Below, in pieces: positions 12,921 through 27,417 of a stretch of 64,000 nt of DNA. The number at the start of each line of letters is the position of its first letter. Positions within the stretch are counted from its first letter, which is position 1. Under the pieces are notes generated by a model. That model was not told the DNA's origin. It made no database searches and saw only the letters and a list, made by a program, of their open reading frames with translations. Both the position numbers and the translations under genes were made by a program. Origin of the DNA: Syncephalis fuscata S228. Its lineage: Eukaryota; Fungi; Zoopagomycota. The stretch is from contig JAHLTZ010000010.1 in NCBI GenBank assembly GCA_025786725.1, forward strand, positions 310,001 to 374,000, read 5' to 3'.

Positions 12921-15188
12921 TTATGACGCTGTGGAAGTCGTCGTCGTCGTCGTCGATGTATTTGTATTTGTTGTTGCTGTTGTGGATGCCAAATCATCAT
13001 CTCTTTTAATGGCCGTCACCGTAATTGTATTCTCTGTTGTTATTGATACTGGTACATTACCAGTATTGTTATCCATTTGTTGTTCTTTATTAGCAATGGG
13101 TGCAATTGTAGCCGGTACTATTTGCGCTACAGTGGGTGTAATACCATCCATAGCATCTTTATCGATATGGTCATCGTTTAAAGTTACTTCACGTTTTGTA
13201 CTCATCGTCTCTGCTTCGTTTTTATTGTTGTTATTGTTATTGTTATTGCTGTTATTATTGCTATTACTGTTATTAATATTGCTATTATTAGTCTTGTTAT
13301 TATTAATCTTATTATTGTTATCATGATAAGCATTATTCTTGTCTTCTTTAGTGGTTGTCAATAGACCATTTGGCTCTGCTTTGGCTCTGCTTTTGGCTCT
13401 GATCCATCAGTGTCCATAGCATCGATAGTATCGGATGGTTTTGTGGATTTTACCAGTGTTTCCTCTTCTGTTACTCTTATATTCATGGTTGGTGCTTGAT
13501 CTTGTTCCAGATGGGATGGGCTTTCCGTTTCACTAGCATGATTTGAGGCCGTAAAATGAATTGGTACCGTTGGTGTGACGGGTGATAGCGGCGATTTAGG
13601 TGCTTCTTCTAATAAAGTTCTCCATCGCTGTGTTAGACCGCGTGCCCGTCCCACCAAATCAACTGGATCATCGACCAGATTGAGTTGTGTAATACGGCGC
13701 ATAAGTTTACCAATTTTTGTTTCCTATTCATTAATAGATTATACAAATTAGTATATTATTAGATATAGTATATTAGGCGTTAATGATTACCATTAGTAAA
13801 GCAAGATCGACAGGGAATATTTCAATATCGCTCATAATTGCGCCACATTTGACCAAATCCTCAGACTAAAATAGCGTTAGTTTTGTATAAATATTAATGT
13901 TGCTATTTTTTACCTCAATGTTCTCTCGCAATACAATTTTCTGTAGCCGATGGCGAAGATACATAAGACGGCTATATGGATTTTCTATTCCATTTAAAGT
14001 ATTAGTTTTATATTATTAATTAATACTGCAACTTACCATCTTTCAAACTAAATTTGCCTGTAGGCTTTGGACGATCAGTAGAGCGAGCAGTACCAGTGGC
14101 TGTTTCATTCGATTTAGATGCTGAAAATTGGATATGTGGTGATTCAGGCTGTGGAGACTATTTACAAATAATTAAAGTTAATACAAAGTAGCTAATAGAC
14201 AATTTCAATTTCTACGTACCTTATCATTTGTTTCTACAGTCTTTCCACGTTTAGTATTACGTCGACGCTCTTTAATAGTGCCTGATGTGTTATTTTCTTC
14301 CTCAGAAGAATATGCAACAGCACCACGACGCCGTTTCGATGCCTGTGCTTTGGCACGTGGCTCTTTACCGCGTTTTGATGGCGTTACAGCCTTCTTCTTT
14401 CGTCCAGCCAATGATCCTCGTCGACCTGCACCATTAGAATTACCTTCTTCTTGATAATCGTCCTCTTCTTCAGCTTCTACAGGCTCTTCGGTAGCCCGAC
14501 GACGACCTGGTCTGCCTGGCTTTCCAGTAGGCGTATTATTCGTTTCTTTTTCATCATCGTCATTGCCCTCTCTGCCTTCTTCCTCCTCCTCTTCTTCTTC
14601 CTCGTCATCTTCATCATCATTCTCATCGGCCGCATCTGCAGCGCGTCTTCTCTCTTCAAGAACTGCTTCAATCTGATCTGGATCAAGTGCTTGTTGAATT
14701 GCTTGCTCAAAGTGTTTATCACGTTTTGGCAACTTTGAATATTGTGCTAAATGTTCCTGAAATGATCGTAAATTGTCAGGTGCAATCCAGCCACTGTATA
14801 TTCCGTCAATATTGTTAACTCTTAATTAATTCAGTCTACCTACTAGTCAAAAGTGCCTAAAAACAATACCGGCACCGATTGAGATCTACCTGGTGGTTTA
14901 CTACGTAGTACTTCATCTGATAGTTCCTTGTCATTCTCTACCTAATAGTAATTATCAATATTATTAGTATATACTCTAATTAAATCGTATCTGCCTTATT
15001 GTACACTTTTACTACATTCATCGAAATAGCAAATTAATCAATATCAATGCAAATACTCAATTATTTTCGTTTTCATTGTATATTGGCCAATTCTCTACAT
15101 TTAACCTGGCACTTACTCTTGAAGGCCAGAAGGGATATCCCTTCAATTTGGCCCATACAATATCGCCAGCTGTATGGTGTGTTGGCAT
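12921..15188 (-). CDS. PWWP-domain chromatin reader with a C-terminal TFIIS-N/IBD-like helical domain; multi-exon; apparent frameshift at ~13381
   Basis: Exon 1 MPTHHTAGDIVWAKLKGYPFWPSR, then VLFLGTFDYGWI. Later RLMYLRHRLQK...LLMETKIGKLMRRI...RARGLTQRWR. Confidence 0.85.
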
Positions 15189-16893
15189 GCTAACTATATG
15201 AACGTCGCGTTCTAATCACGCAATCCAACAGCAACAACTACTAAATCGTTCGTAAGACTATTAATACTGCTACTACAGTTTGCTTTCGTCGTCGTCAGCG
15301 TCGTCGTATAAAGCTGCTGCTTGATTCAGTTACGATGCCAATTGCAATGAAAACAATCAATCCAAATCTAATCAACTGCTCGTTAGTCTTAACGTCTACT
15401 GATAGCTGTTATGTAGTATACAGACTGAAAACGCGTTGCTGCGTATATGCTACCCTACTTACGCGTTATACGATGGACAAATCGGGACCTAATCCTAGCA
15501 GCTGTCGGTAACAGTAGCCACTTTACAACAGCGGTATCTTCAATTCTACAACACCTATAACCAAAGTAGTATCAGAGACGCGAGCTAGTATCCCCGTATA
15601 GCTCGTGTTATTGCCGTTGCTCTTGCGTTGTAGCTGTAGCGGCACTAACTGAGTGACTGGAAGAAAAGAAGGAACCGGAAAGCAAAAATGAAACTTGCTG
15701 TAATGGAGAAAGAACAGTAAAAGGGATAAGTGCAAGGAGACGATTGGATAATAACAATAACAGAGGCCGTGAATATATGTGGCTGTGGGATTTATAAAAC
15801 AAATCAATGGATTATCGATTAGTATTATGACCACTACTCTATAATCATTGTTATTATTATAGATTATTATTATTATAGATTATTATTATTATAGATTATA
15901 TGATCGTTGGTACTACTTTATTGTTACTATTACTACTATTGCTATTGCTTCTATACTATTACTACTATTATATCATTATTATTGCATTGTAATTATTATT
16001 ATTGCACACTTGTTCACGTGTTGTAATGGCTGGTTTTATTAAATATTGGTCATAGCTGAATATCAAATATATTTATTAGGCTTAATTCAAAGTAGATCAA
16101 TTGATTTATTGATCCATTATCAAATCAATGATTGAATAATAGTGGCAAGTAATGATGGTGGTGATGGTGATGGTGTGATGAACAAAGCAATCTGTTGTAT
16201 AAACCGTCACATAAAAGATGGTGATAGATAATAGTAACAGTGGGTAAATAAAAACTGTCAAATCATACCCCTGTCAATGTAAAACTATCATTTTAATTTG
16301 AGTTGATGACCAGCAGAGAAAACAAGTCATAAAATACAGCTAAATCTATGCTATTAAAGTGTAAAATATACTATAGATACAACAATTAAACAGATCCATT
16401 TAACGATAAAGCAGTATTTATTTACTATGCTTGTATATACAACAAGTAATAATGGTAATAATAAGGGTCAATTGTACAAATAAAAAGTAATAGTAACATT
16501 ATAGTTTAATCATACTAATATGATCAGTGTTCATGTCATGTTTACTACCACACACCATACTGTGATGGAAAAAAAATAGTTTTTCTATTTGTCGTTTCCC
16601 GTCTGCCCTTCTCTCTTTTCTCCCTCCTCTTTTCCATCCCGGACGGCACTCTTTGCTCCTACAGCAACGGCACAAGGGAACTAGGTAATTACATATGATT
16701 CACGGTATATGCACATACAACATGCATAGATCAACGAGGGAGATGCGTGCTATGGAACTCAGAGTAATGGCACAGTTGGATCTGTGACCATGCGCTACAG
16801 TAGCTCGAACTTGGACGCTAGATAAATAGGCATAGATACAAGTGGCTAACGAACGTGTATTTTTACTTTGCCATTTATTCTTTTAGCGTCAAC

Positions 16894-17544
16894 ATGGTCG
16901 CCATCAAGAAATCCGTAAGTATGCGTTGAACTGGCATATTGTACGCGAGATTCTCGTTTGATCAGTGCAAGCCTTTTCAATTTGTTTATTCATATGTTAT
17001 GATACGGTACTAACGACATTGTATGCTCCCCTCCCTCCACTATATACATACATATATATATGGCATGATATCATTTGATATTAATAGAAGAAGGCCTCAG
17101 AGTCTATTAACTCGCGTCTTGCCCTCGTGATGAAGAGTGGCAAGTACACCCTTGGCTACCGCTCCACCCTTAAGACCCTCCGTCAAGGCAAATGTAAGTT
17201 GTAATCCATGGCGTATAGTGTTGATAAAACAAGATATATGTCTAATAACAATAATAACAATAATAACAATAATGCTAATAATATGAATGCAATCTATCAA
17301 TGTCTATTGATCATAAATCTTTATTAATATAGCCAAGTTGATCATCATCGCTGGTAACTGCCCACCTCTCCGCAAGTCTGAGATTGAGTACTACGCTATG
17401 TTGTCCAAGACCGGTGTCCACCACTACACTGGTAACAACGTCGATCTCGGCACTGCCTGCGGTAAATACTACCGTGTCGGTGTTTTGTCCATCACCGATG
17501 CCGGAGACAGTGACATCATTAAGGCCCAGGAGGAACAGCAGTAA
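16894..17544 (+). CDS. RPL30: 60S ribosomal protein L30 (eL30); 3 coding exons plus a 5'UTR intron
   Basis: MVAIKKS|[36 protein letters not shown]|[23 protein letters not shown]...DAGDSDII. Confidence 0.97.
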
Positions 17545-17900
17545 AGCGAGTCTACTGCTTTAATGCATGTTGCCTATATGCGCCACCATTGTTCTCCTCT
17601 CTCGTGCATTCTTTCGTTTCACTGCTGACCATTTGTGATACACAGCATGTGTGCAACACTATTTTCTAAAGTCTGGTGAAATAGGATTAATGCTTTATAT
17701 ATTGCTACAAGTGTATAGATGTATTGACATGTTTAATTGTATTCTATATGTATCTATGTATATGTGTGTATCTATATATATATATGTGTGTATATGCTTT
17801 TATAAGCTTGTTTTTTTACAAAAGTATTATAACGATCAATGATTTGTATTTAATAGTTCATAACAACAACGATTGCAGTCGCGTGACAATACAATGAAAA

Positions 17901-20442
17901 TTAATGACGACGTCGATGAGTTGAAGATGATGATGGTGATCGTTTACGATGTGATCGTGTTGTTTCACTAGTAGTCGTTGTAGTCGCTGTTGTTGTCGCA
18001 TCTGTACGGCGTCGAGTGGGTGAGCTATAATAAATAGAATAGGTAAATAAATAAATAAATAATAATTAATTAATACTTACCGAGATCGGCCACTACTTCG
18101 TTCTTCTCGATGAGATTCACCACTGCCACCACCACGACGATCTCCATGTCGGTCTCGATCCTAATTATAGATAGCATTATTATTGTTATTATAACTAATC
18201 TACTATACTAAATTCAATTCATCTTACGCGATGTTCTCTGCTTGGACTGCCACGTCGATGCCGTTCACCACCACTATCACGCTGACTACCACTACTTGAA
18301 TTTCTATCTCGACGTTCTCGAGATGCTGCACGAGTAGTTGCACTTGCTGATCCTGTATTAGTATTAATATTAGCAGTGGTTGCTGCTGCTGCTGTTGCTG
18401 CTGCTGTAGTATCATTATTTATATGTGAACGATTACTATTACCATGTCGATCTTCAGTTGATTTCTCTACTGTGTCACCACCACCTTCACGTTGACTGCC
18501 ACTACTAGGTGCTGATCGATTTGATCCAGATCCTCTATTATAGTGTTATTAGTGATGAAATTAATAAATAAATAGTTATCTACCTTGTACTGCCTCGACC
18601 ACGTCCTGAACTTTGATTTGATGGATTGGGTGCTGTATTAGTTGAAGTATTTGATTTGTTATCTGCATTATTGGCACTACGCTGCATCATATTTGGATTA
18701 TTAGGAAATCCATTTTGATTAAAGCCTCTTGAAGACTGGGCCATATCTGGTCCAGGAAAGAATGGGAATGGTGGTGGCATACCTCCTGGCATGTCCTAAG
18801 TAACAGTGGTAGTATATATGTATATATTATATATTATTTAGTAAAGTATATATTATATAATATGACTTACAGGCATGAAAACTGGTGGTCTAAATTGAGG
18901 TGGCTTATCTGTAATAATAAACGTTAATAAGTATTTAATATATATATATATATAGTTGCTATTAATTAATTAATTGATAATTACCTGTTGAATTTGAATT
19001 ATTACTTGTATTGTTGGCATTTTCACCCATACCTAATGGATCAATTATATTTATCGATTATTATTAATATAACCATTATGACTATAATGTCAATACTACA
19101 TTACCAGGTGGATTCTGCCATCCTCCACGAGCTGCTACGGCAGCCATAATATGTGGTGGTGGTGGGAAGGGTAGATTCGGCATACCCGGCAGTGTCATAC
19201 CCGGTGGCAATCCCATCATACCAGGCGGCATACCAGGTGGTAATAAGGCAGGTGCACTACCTGGTGGCAATCCACTTGATGGTGCTTGTCCTAATGCTGC
19301 TGCTTGTAATTCTGGTGGTAATTCATGTATGTCCACCTTTGATTCCAATGCCTATATCATCAATCAATTAGCTGGTTGGTTAATTAACTGCATATTATAT
19401 ATATATATATTCAATAATCACTTACATTAATACGCTTTTTAATACTTAATTCTTCACGAATTTGTTTTTGACGTGCACAATACATACGCCACGTAGATTC
19501 ATCAAATCCATAATTGAAATAATCCGTTAAATCGGCACCTATTTATATTGCAGTTATAATGACTATCATAAATTATTGGATTCAACAACTTACCAGGCTT
19601 TCGCCATGGCCGATCCTCCAACGAATCGGGATCAACATCGTAAATAGGCTTGCCATTTAATTCGGCCACTGCTCGTAAATCGACTGTGCCTGCCTTTACT
19701 GTGGCTGTTGTTCCTGTAGCATCGTCTAATTATCCACACAACATTAATTCAATTAGTGCTAATTCTATATTACTTGTATCTAATTCCACTACCTTCAGTA
19801 CCACTACCAGCCCCTTCGCCATTTGCTCCAGTGCCAGTACCACCTGCACCGGCATTAGTTGACCTTTTTGACCTTGATGTTTAATGGTCACTAATGCTTC
19901 TGATCTATTAATTTGCATATTTATTAATCACACATTTAACTGTAATTAACTAGTATTGATTATTTACCTTTTAGCCGGTTCAGTGGCTGCTTCAGCCGTA
20001 GTTTCATCAATAACTACTTCAAAATCCTATATTATTATTATGTATCATTAATATTACCGCGTCTATTATCTAGATTACACATCAATTTACCGAGTCGCTA
20101 CTATCGTCTTCTTCCTCGTCTTCTTCGTTAGCAGCCTCCTCTTTATCTTTTCCTTTTCGTTATTCTTATTCTTCGTTACAGTATCTGTTTCCATAGCATT
20201 GGCTGCTGCTTCAGCCTCGGCCAGCTCTTCATCGTCAGCCAGAAAGTTGTCACCTACAAGAATCAAGTCAATTTTAATAAAATCACTTTATTAGTTACTA
20301 TTAACTTACCAGTAGTAGTTGCCGTAGCTGAAACTGACGATTGACCGTCATTGGCAGCTGTACCAGTGTCATCGCCATATAGAAAAGCATCTTCGTCTTC
20401 TTCGTCAACCAATAGTGACGTCGTTGGCTGTGTCGCGGCCAT
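17901..20442 (-). CDS. FIP1: Pre-mRNA polyadenylation factor Fip1; many exons; apparent frameshift at ~20155
   Basis: N-terminal [10 protein letters not shown], Fip1 motif [30 protein letters not shown], Pro-rich middle and an RS/RD-rich tail. Confidence 0.93.
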
Positions 20443-20768
20443 ATTGTTCTACTAACTTATATATATATATATATATACGCGTGCTAATACTTTACTAAGA
20501 GGAAAGGATTGTGCACACACATACACATTCACAGTTATATACGTACACGTATATCTACACGTAGACCCGTATAGTAATCAATAGAAGTAAAGGAATCCGA
20601 TGTGGCAAGAAATACACAGGATCGACGAAAGTTTGTTTTCTTTTTTATCATCGTTCTATATTATATTCCATTCTATTGACTAACTAACTAACCAACTCTA
20701 ACTAGCCACCTTTATTTTATTCTCTACTTGATCTGCTATACTTGGATATTCATTCATATAAGCAGATC

Positions 20769-22234
20769 ATGTCGGGACAGCCACCACCTTCTGACTATGG
20801 ACGCTCCCGTTATGCGTACGGTAGCAGTAGTAATAGTGGTACTGGCAGCGGTGCAGGACCATCTTTAGGATCGGCTTCAGGTGGTGGCAGCTCTTCCTCG
20901 CCTAGTAGTGCTTTCCGTACTACAGCGGCCGGTCGTAACTTTACAACGCCTTCACAACGACAACAAACAACCGGTGGCAGTAGTAGTAGCAATAGTGGAG
21001 GAGGAGGAGGAGGAGGTACTGGCACTAGCAGTAGCAGTGGTAATCACTCTCCTTCTCATTCAAGATACGCGCACGAAAGTAATTATAGCTCTTATCGTCA
21101 TAGTTCATCGAATGCTGGTAATGCCAACTCTTCCTCGTCACCTTCATCCAACTATTATCGTGGACGGGGTAGTGGATATCGTAGCAGTTACAACGAACAT
21201 CGATATGGCTATAGTTCACGTAGTTATTCTCATAATGGCTCAGGAGGTCGTCAAGCAGTTATGGCCAATTGCCTTCAGGCCCAGCAGGCGATAGACGGTC
21301 CTCTGGATCTAGTAGTGGATATCACTCACGCCAGTATCATCGATCACCTTCACATAATCCCTATTATGGATCATCGAGTTCACCAGCCAGTCATTATAAT
21401 CGATATCAATCACAGTACTCACAGTCGCAGTCATCATCGAATTTGTCATATGCTCATGGGCCATCATCATCAGCATTATCATCCGGACCCACGTCTAATA
21501 CAGCGGCTGCCTCTTCATCAACTGCATCTGCTTCGACATCTTATGGCGGCTCATCCAATGCTACTGCAACATCAAGTAGTTATTTGGCCACAGCAACTAC
21601 GGGACCGCCGCCTAATGGACCAAGTTACGGTTCACGGTCCTATTATCGTGGTGGATCCACTACGGCAGGGCCGGCTTCATCGTCACAGTCTACGTCAGCA
21701 GCATTAAATACGGGTGCGACAACAGTTATTGCTACGGCCGCACCTGCACCTACTCCTACCGGTCTTCCATTAGGACCAGCTGCTATGATGAATCCTAGTG
21801 GTGGTGTTAGTAGTAGTAGTGGTGGTGTATCTATGACACGATCGCACAGTTATGACACACAGTCTATGGCTAGTAAATCAAATTTATTAGGTAGCACTTT
21901 TTCATGGGCTATAGAATTGGAACGTGAGGTATGTTTATAACTGTAACAATAATAATTAATGTATTTAATATGAATGTGAATATGTGTAAAATAGATGATT
22001 CGTCACAAAACGGAAACACTTCGATTGCGTGGTGAAGAAACATCAATACTTGAACATTTACGTAAATCAACATTTGAACTTCAAATGGCCGACTGGGAAG
22101 TTGAAAAGATGCAACAACAGCTTGATTTAGTCAACTCACAATTGGAACAATTTGAACCGACTATCAAACGACCAGATAATAGCAATAATGGCAATAATGG
22201 CAATAATAGTAATACAGAAGTAGTGGCCGGATAG
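20769..22234 (+). CDS. Ser/Gly/Tyr/Arg-rich low-complexity protein with a C-terminal coiled coil; apparent frameshift at ~21251
   Basis: ORFs 20742-21707 and 21269-21940 join after a 1-nt correction. An intron at ~21929-21994 leads to the coiled-coil exon MIRHKTETLRL... Confidence 0.7.
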
Positions 22235-22986
22235 CCATAGTCGTTATATTTAAATGTTTAGGCTATCTCTTATCTATCGTGTCGTACTAGGACCAATTAT
22301 AGTAGTATTTTATTGAAGGTCTGGCGCGCTATTTAGGTATGATGATATACATGGTATATATGATAATTATATGTGTAATAAAATAAATAGATCTATTATT
22401 ATACAAATTTTTTGTTTGAGAGTAATACAAAGATGTAAACATCTACACCACTAGCCACTATGGCTCGTTAATAAAACCGCATAATTGAACGCCTATAACA
22501 ATTACCGCTTCCTAACAATAAATGATATATTTTCTTTATCGCCGACCTATGGTGTAGATGACAATGGTAATAAATGGGTATAAACGGGTTTTCAGTAGCA
22601 CACTATAACCTGGCATGATTGTACTGAACGTGGTACCTAACACCAATCCGCGCCTAGTGACTTATTCATTTATAATGGAACCGGATTGGGCCATACAGGT
22701 TTTAGAAGTCGTTAAATGAAACGCTCAAGTACCTGCCATGCAGCGTATCAATTTATTTTCTTTAGTCAACTTTGCCGATACTAACGTACTACCTATTTCT
22801 TTATTTATCCACTTATTCATTGATTGATATCGACACTCGTATCGGCATTGCATTCTTGTTTTAGCGCATGCGCTAGTTTCTTTGTTATTGCCATTGTGCG
22901 TATTTACGTACTATCATCATAATCATCATCATTATCGCCATTATCGCCATTATCACCGTCACCATTAAGCGCTGACCTAAAGTGAT

Positions 22987-23721
22987 ATGGCCCACTCGCA
23001 CGATCCATCTTTATCGTTAGGCTTGACTACTGGGCGAGGCATGCACTTTAATTCTTATGATTGGCGATACAATAGTCTTTCAAAACTTATTATTGTTATT
23101 CTAGCTGCCATACAGTGCAGTAATTTTCAATATGCTATTCGCTTGCTTTACAAACACCGTCGACAACTATTTCTAATTAATGTTATTCCGTCACTGCTCG
23201 GTATGGTTGCTTGTATAGCGGCTCTTTCCTCTGAACTATTTCCCCGGCGTATTAATTGTAATGTTGTTGGTTATGCCAATGTTACCGTTGTGGCCGTCGG
23301 TACACCTGCCATGGCCATTATTCTTATGGCCAAAGCCTACACGGGGGCCAGTCGCACTGCATGGTTTCGGTGCATAGCCACCTTGGTTATTCTTGGAAAT
23401 GTAGCCGTTGGACTTGCTGGGTACTTTTCATTCAGCATGGATATAAGCCAATCTGGTTTATGTTCATCCACCGTGGAAATTAACTGGGTGGTCGGTAAAT
23501 CGGTGATTGATCTAGTTACCAATATAACACTGGTAACCGGATTTACACTGGCTTTTTTGCTAGCAAAAGAGTGGCAACGAAAACAATTACGCCGTGCTCT
23601 GATTAGAGACGGCCTTTTATATGCAGTTTTAGCGGCAGCCGCTAATATACTTACCGCCGTATTAATTCTTTCTTCTTGGGACACCAACGCATGGAAAATG
23701 CATTTATATGGATTGGATTGT

Positions 23722-23768
<47 letters not shown>

Positions 23769-23917
23769 ATGGCTAGTAGTAGCTAGTTAGACAATATTTA
23801 TAATTATTTTTCTATTATCATATCTAACATATTGGCAATTTAGACTGTGTAACTGCTACGCTAATTTGCCGACATATTCGATCAATTCTACGCCATATTC
23901 ATACGGAAAGGCAGTAA
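22987..23917 (+). CDS. Orphan 7TM GPCR-like membrane protein (paralogue 1); 2 exons
   Basis: Seven hydrophobic segments, Cys at the top of TM3 and in ECL2, LMAKAY at the end of TM3. An intron interrupts TM7 (GLD-Y|CVTATLIC). Confidence 0.75.
23722..23768 (+). repeat. (TAG)n microsatellite in the intron of the 7TM gene
   Basis: About 15 perfect AGT/TAG units directly after the GTAAGT donor. Confidence 0.9.
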
Positions 23918-24023
23918 TATACATATTGCTAATTTTATTTATTTTGTGGCACTGGATTGCCATTAATGTTTATTAGTATAACGCGACATATTATTTATTT
24001 CAAAGAAAGCGGATAAACAAACA

Positions 24024-25745
<1,722 letters not shown>

Positions 25746-25983
25746 CTACTGTCTTACTAGACCAAAAAGACGCTGCCAATAGTATACAACGTAATTCTAG
25801 TCTACGTTTAAAGATAGCAATCTAATTGCAGACAAAGCAATGATTACGGCTATTGTTACGCGGTGCAGCTATAGCTAAGAAGGACAAGGAGATACAAGCA
25901 GTGAATTAACTAAAGACACTCGCTTTCTTGATTCCAAAGAACAAAATAAACAACAGTTCAAAATTTAACAATAAGTAATCGCG

Positions 25984-25991
25984 TCACGTGA
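25984..25991. promoter_or_regulatory. E-box / Cbf1-like palindrome TCACGTGA upstream of GCN5 (a similar site lies at ~44697 upstream of RRN3)
   Basis: GTCACGTGAC about 260 bp upstream of the GCN5 ATG, and CTCACGTGAC about 210 bp upstream of the RRN3 ATG. Motif match only. Confidence 0.35.
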
Positions 25992-26265
25992 CAAGTAGCC
26001 TATAGATAAGTTACAATAGCAAACACATTGTTTTTATTATTACATTTTTGTAAATAGTCATTTTAACAATTTGAATACTAATAAATATGTTTTATTCTTA
26101 ATAGTATTAAGTATACTAAATACTAATGATAATAATAATAATAAAGGTATATTTTATGTCTAATAGTCATGATTGCCACACCTGGTGGTATCTTAGACAT
26201 TTACTTTATAGCCATATTAGGCCATCAAGTTCCTTAATGATGCTGGTTTAATCGTGCTATCTGAT

Positions 26266-26796
26266 CTAAAGCAGTAGTGCACTAGCGGCGATAGCACTTC
26301 CGACTAACCACATGGTCGTGGCGTAGATTGGCTGTTTGGTAGCAGTCGCACTTGAATGGCTGTTGTCGGGGATGGTGGTGTTGACGGCTGGCGATGCTGT
26401 AGCGTTGTTATTGGATGTACTTGTACCATTCAATTTGTTATTGACATAGACTACACCCAACATCTGCTCTTTACAGTCGTTACCAACAGATGAAAAGTAC
26501 CAGAAGGTACCGGCAGTGTTAAATGTTTGAGTGAATGTTTCACCGGCCGAACGCAGAGTTGGAGAAGCAAAGCCATTTGGCTGTCTATTACAGCTAAACG
26601 CAGCTACACCTTGGAATACGCTATGTACGCCGCTATTCCATGTCCAGGTAACACTGTCACCTACTGTAATATTGACTTTGTCCGAGTAGAACTTATTAAT
26701 ACCGTTGTAGCCAACCATTACATTGGTATTGGCGGCCAGCACGCTTGCTGCTGGAACGAGCAAAGCGGTAATAGCTGTTGGGATGAACCACTTCAT
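26266..26796 (-). CDS. Secreted/GPI-anchored cupredoxin-fold protein
   Basis: Signal peptide MKWFIPTAITALLVPAASVLA; VGDSVTWTW...HSV...C...GF.S...F..TF..AGTFWYF...C...MLGVV; Ser/Thr stalk; hydrophobic C-terminus. Confidence 0.85.
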   Translation of the reverse strand: MKWFIPTAITALLVPAASVLAANTNVMVGYNGINKFYSDKVNITVGDSVTWTWNSGVHSVFQGVAAFSCNRQPNGFASPTLRSAGETFTQTFNTAGTFWYFSSVGNDCKEQMLGVVYVNNKLNGTSTSNNNATASPAVNTTIPDNSHSSATATKQPIYATTMWLVGSAIAASALLL

Positions 26797-27417
26797 GATA
26801 GTGTTATGTTTTAGTATTATAGCAGAGTCAAGAAGCAAAAAAGAAGAAAAAAAAGAAATGCAGTATAATAGACGTAGCTAAGAATAAGAGTATTGATTCA
26901 AGTAAAATATTGTCGAAGGAAAACAAGTTGATTGATAGAAAAATAATGCCGTGAAAAGCTTTTAAGGCCGTGAAAATATAGACTAGTTACTATATTTGGA
27001 CAATTGTCCTACCTGCCAATATCGGTTTTTGAATTTACTTAGGACAATACGATGATCCTGCAGCTAATTGTGTCCATTAGTGGACGTGAGAGTTGCCCCT
27101 TGCCCTATGCTGCTTTACTCTTCTCCCATCAATGTACGACTGAGAAAAGCGAGAAAGTATCTTGTTTTGGCCGATGGGGCTGGGACCTTTGACGCAAAAT
27201 ACTTGCTTATTGAAGTCATGTGTTTATATGTGTACGTGTATGTGTAAACCATTTATAATCATTTATAACACTGCAAGAGTACACATACATAGTAAAGCAC
27301 AGGAATGCATGGATGTGTGTGTGTGTATGGATGAATGAGTGCCTTGCTGACCGAGGCCTATATTTTATATAAAAGAATTGTTTGATCTTTAAAACAGTAT
27401 AACAGTAAACGAATCAA

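Noticed and set aside
15845-15900. ATTATAGATTATTATT-type short tandem repeat
   Set aside because: Simple slippage repeat with no spacers; not CRISPR-like.
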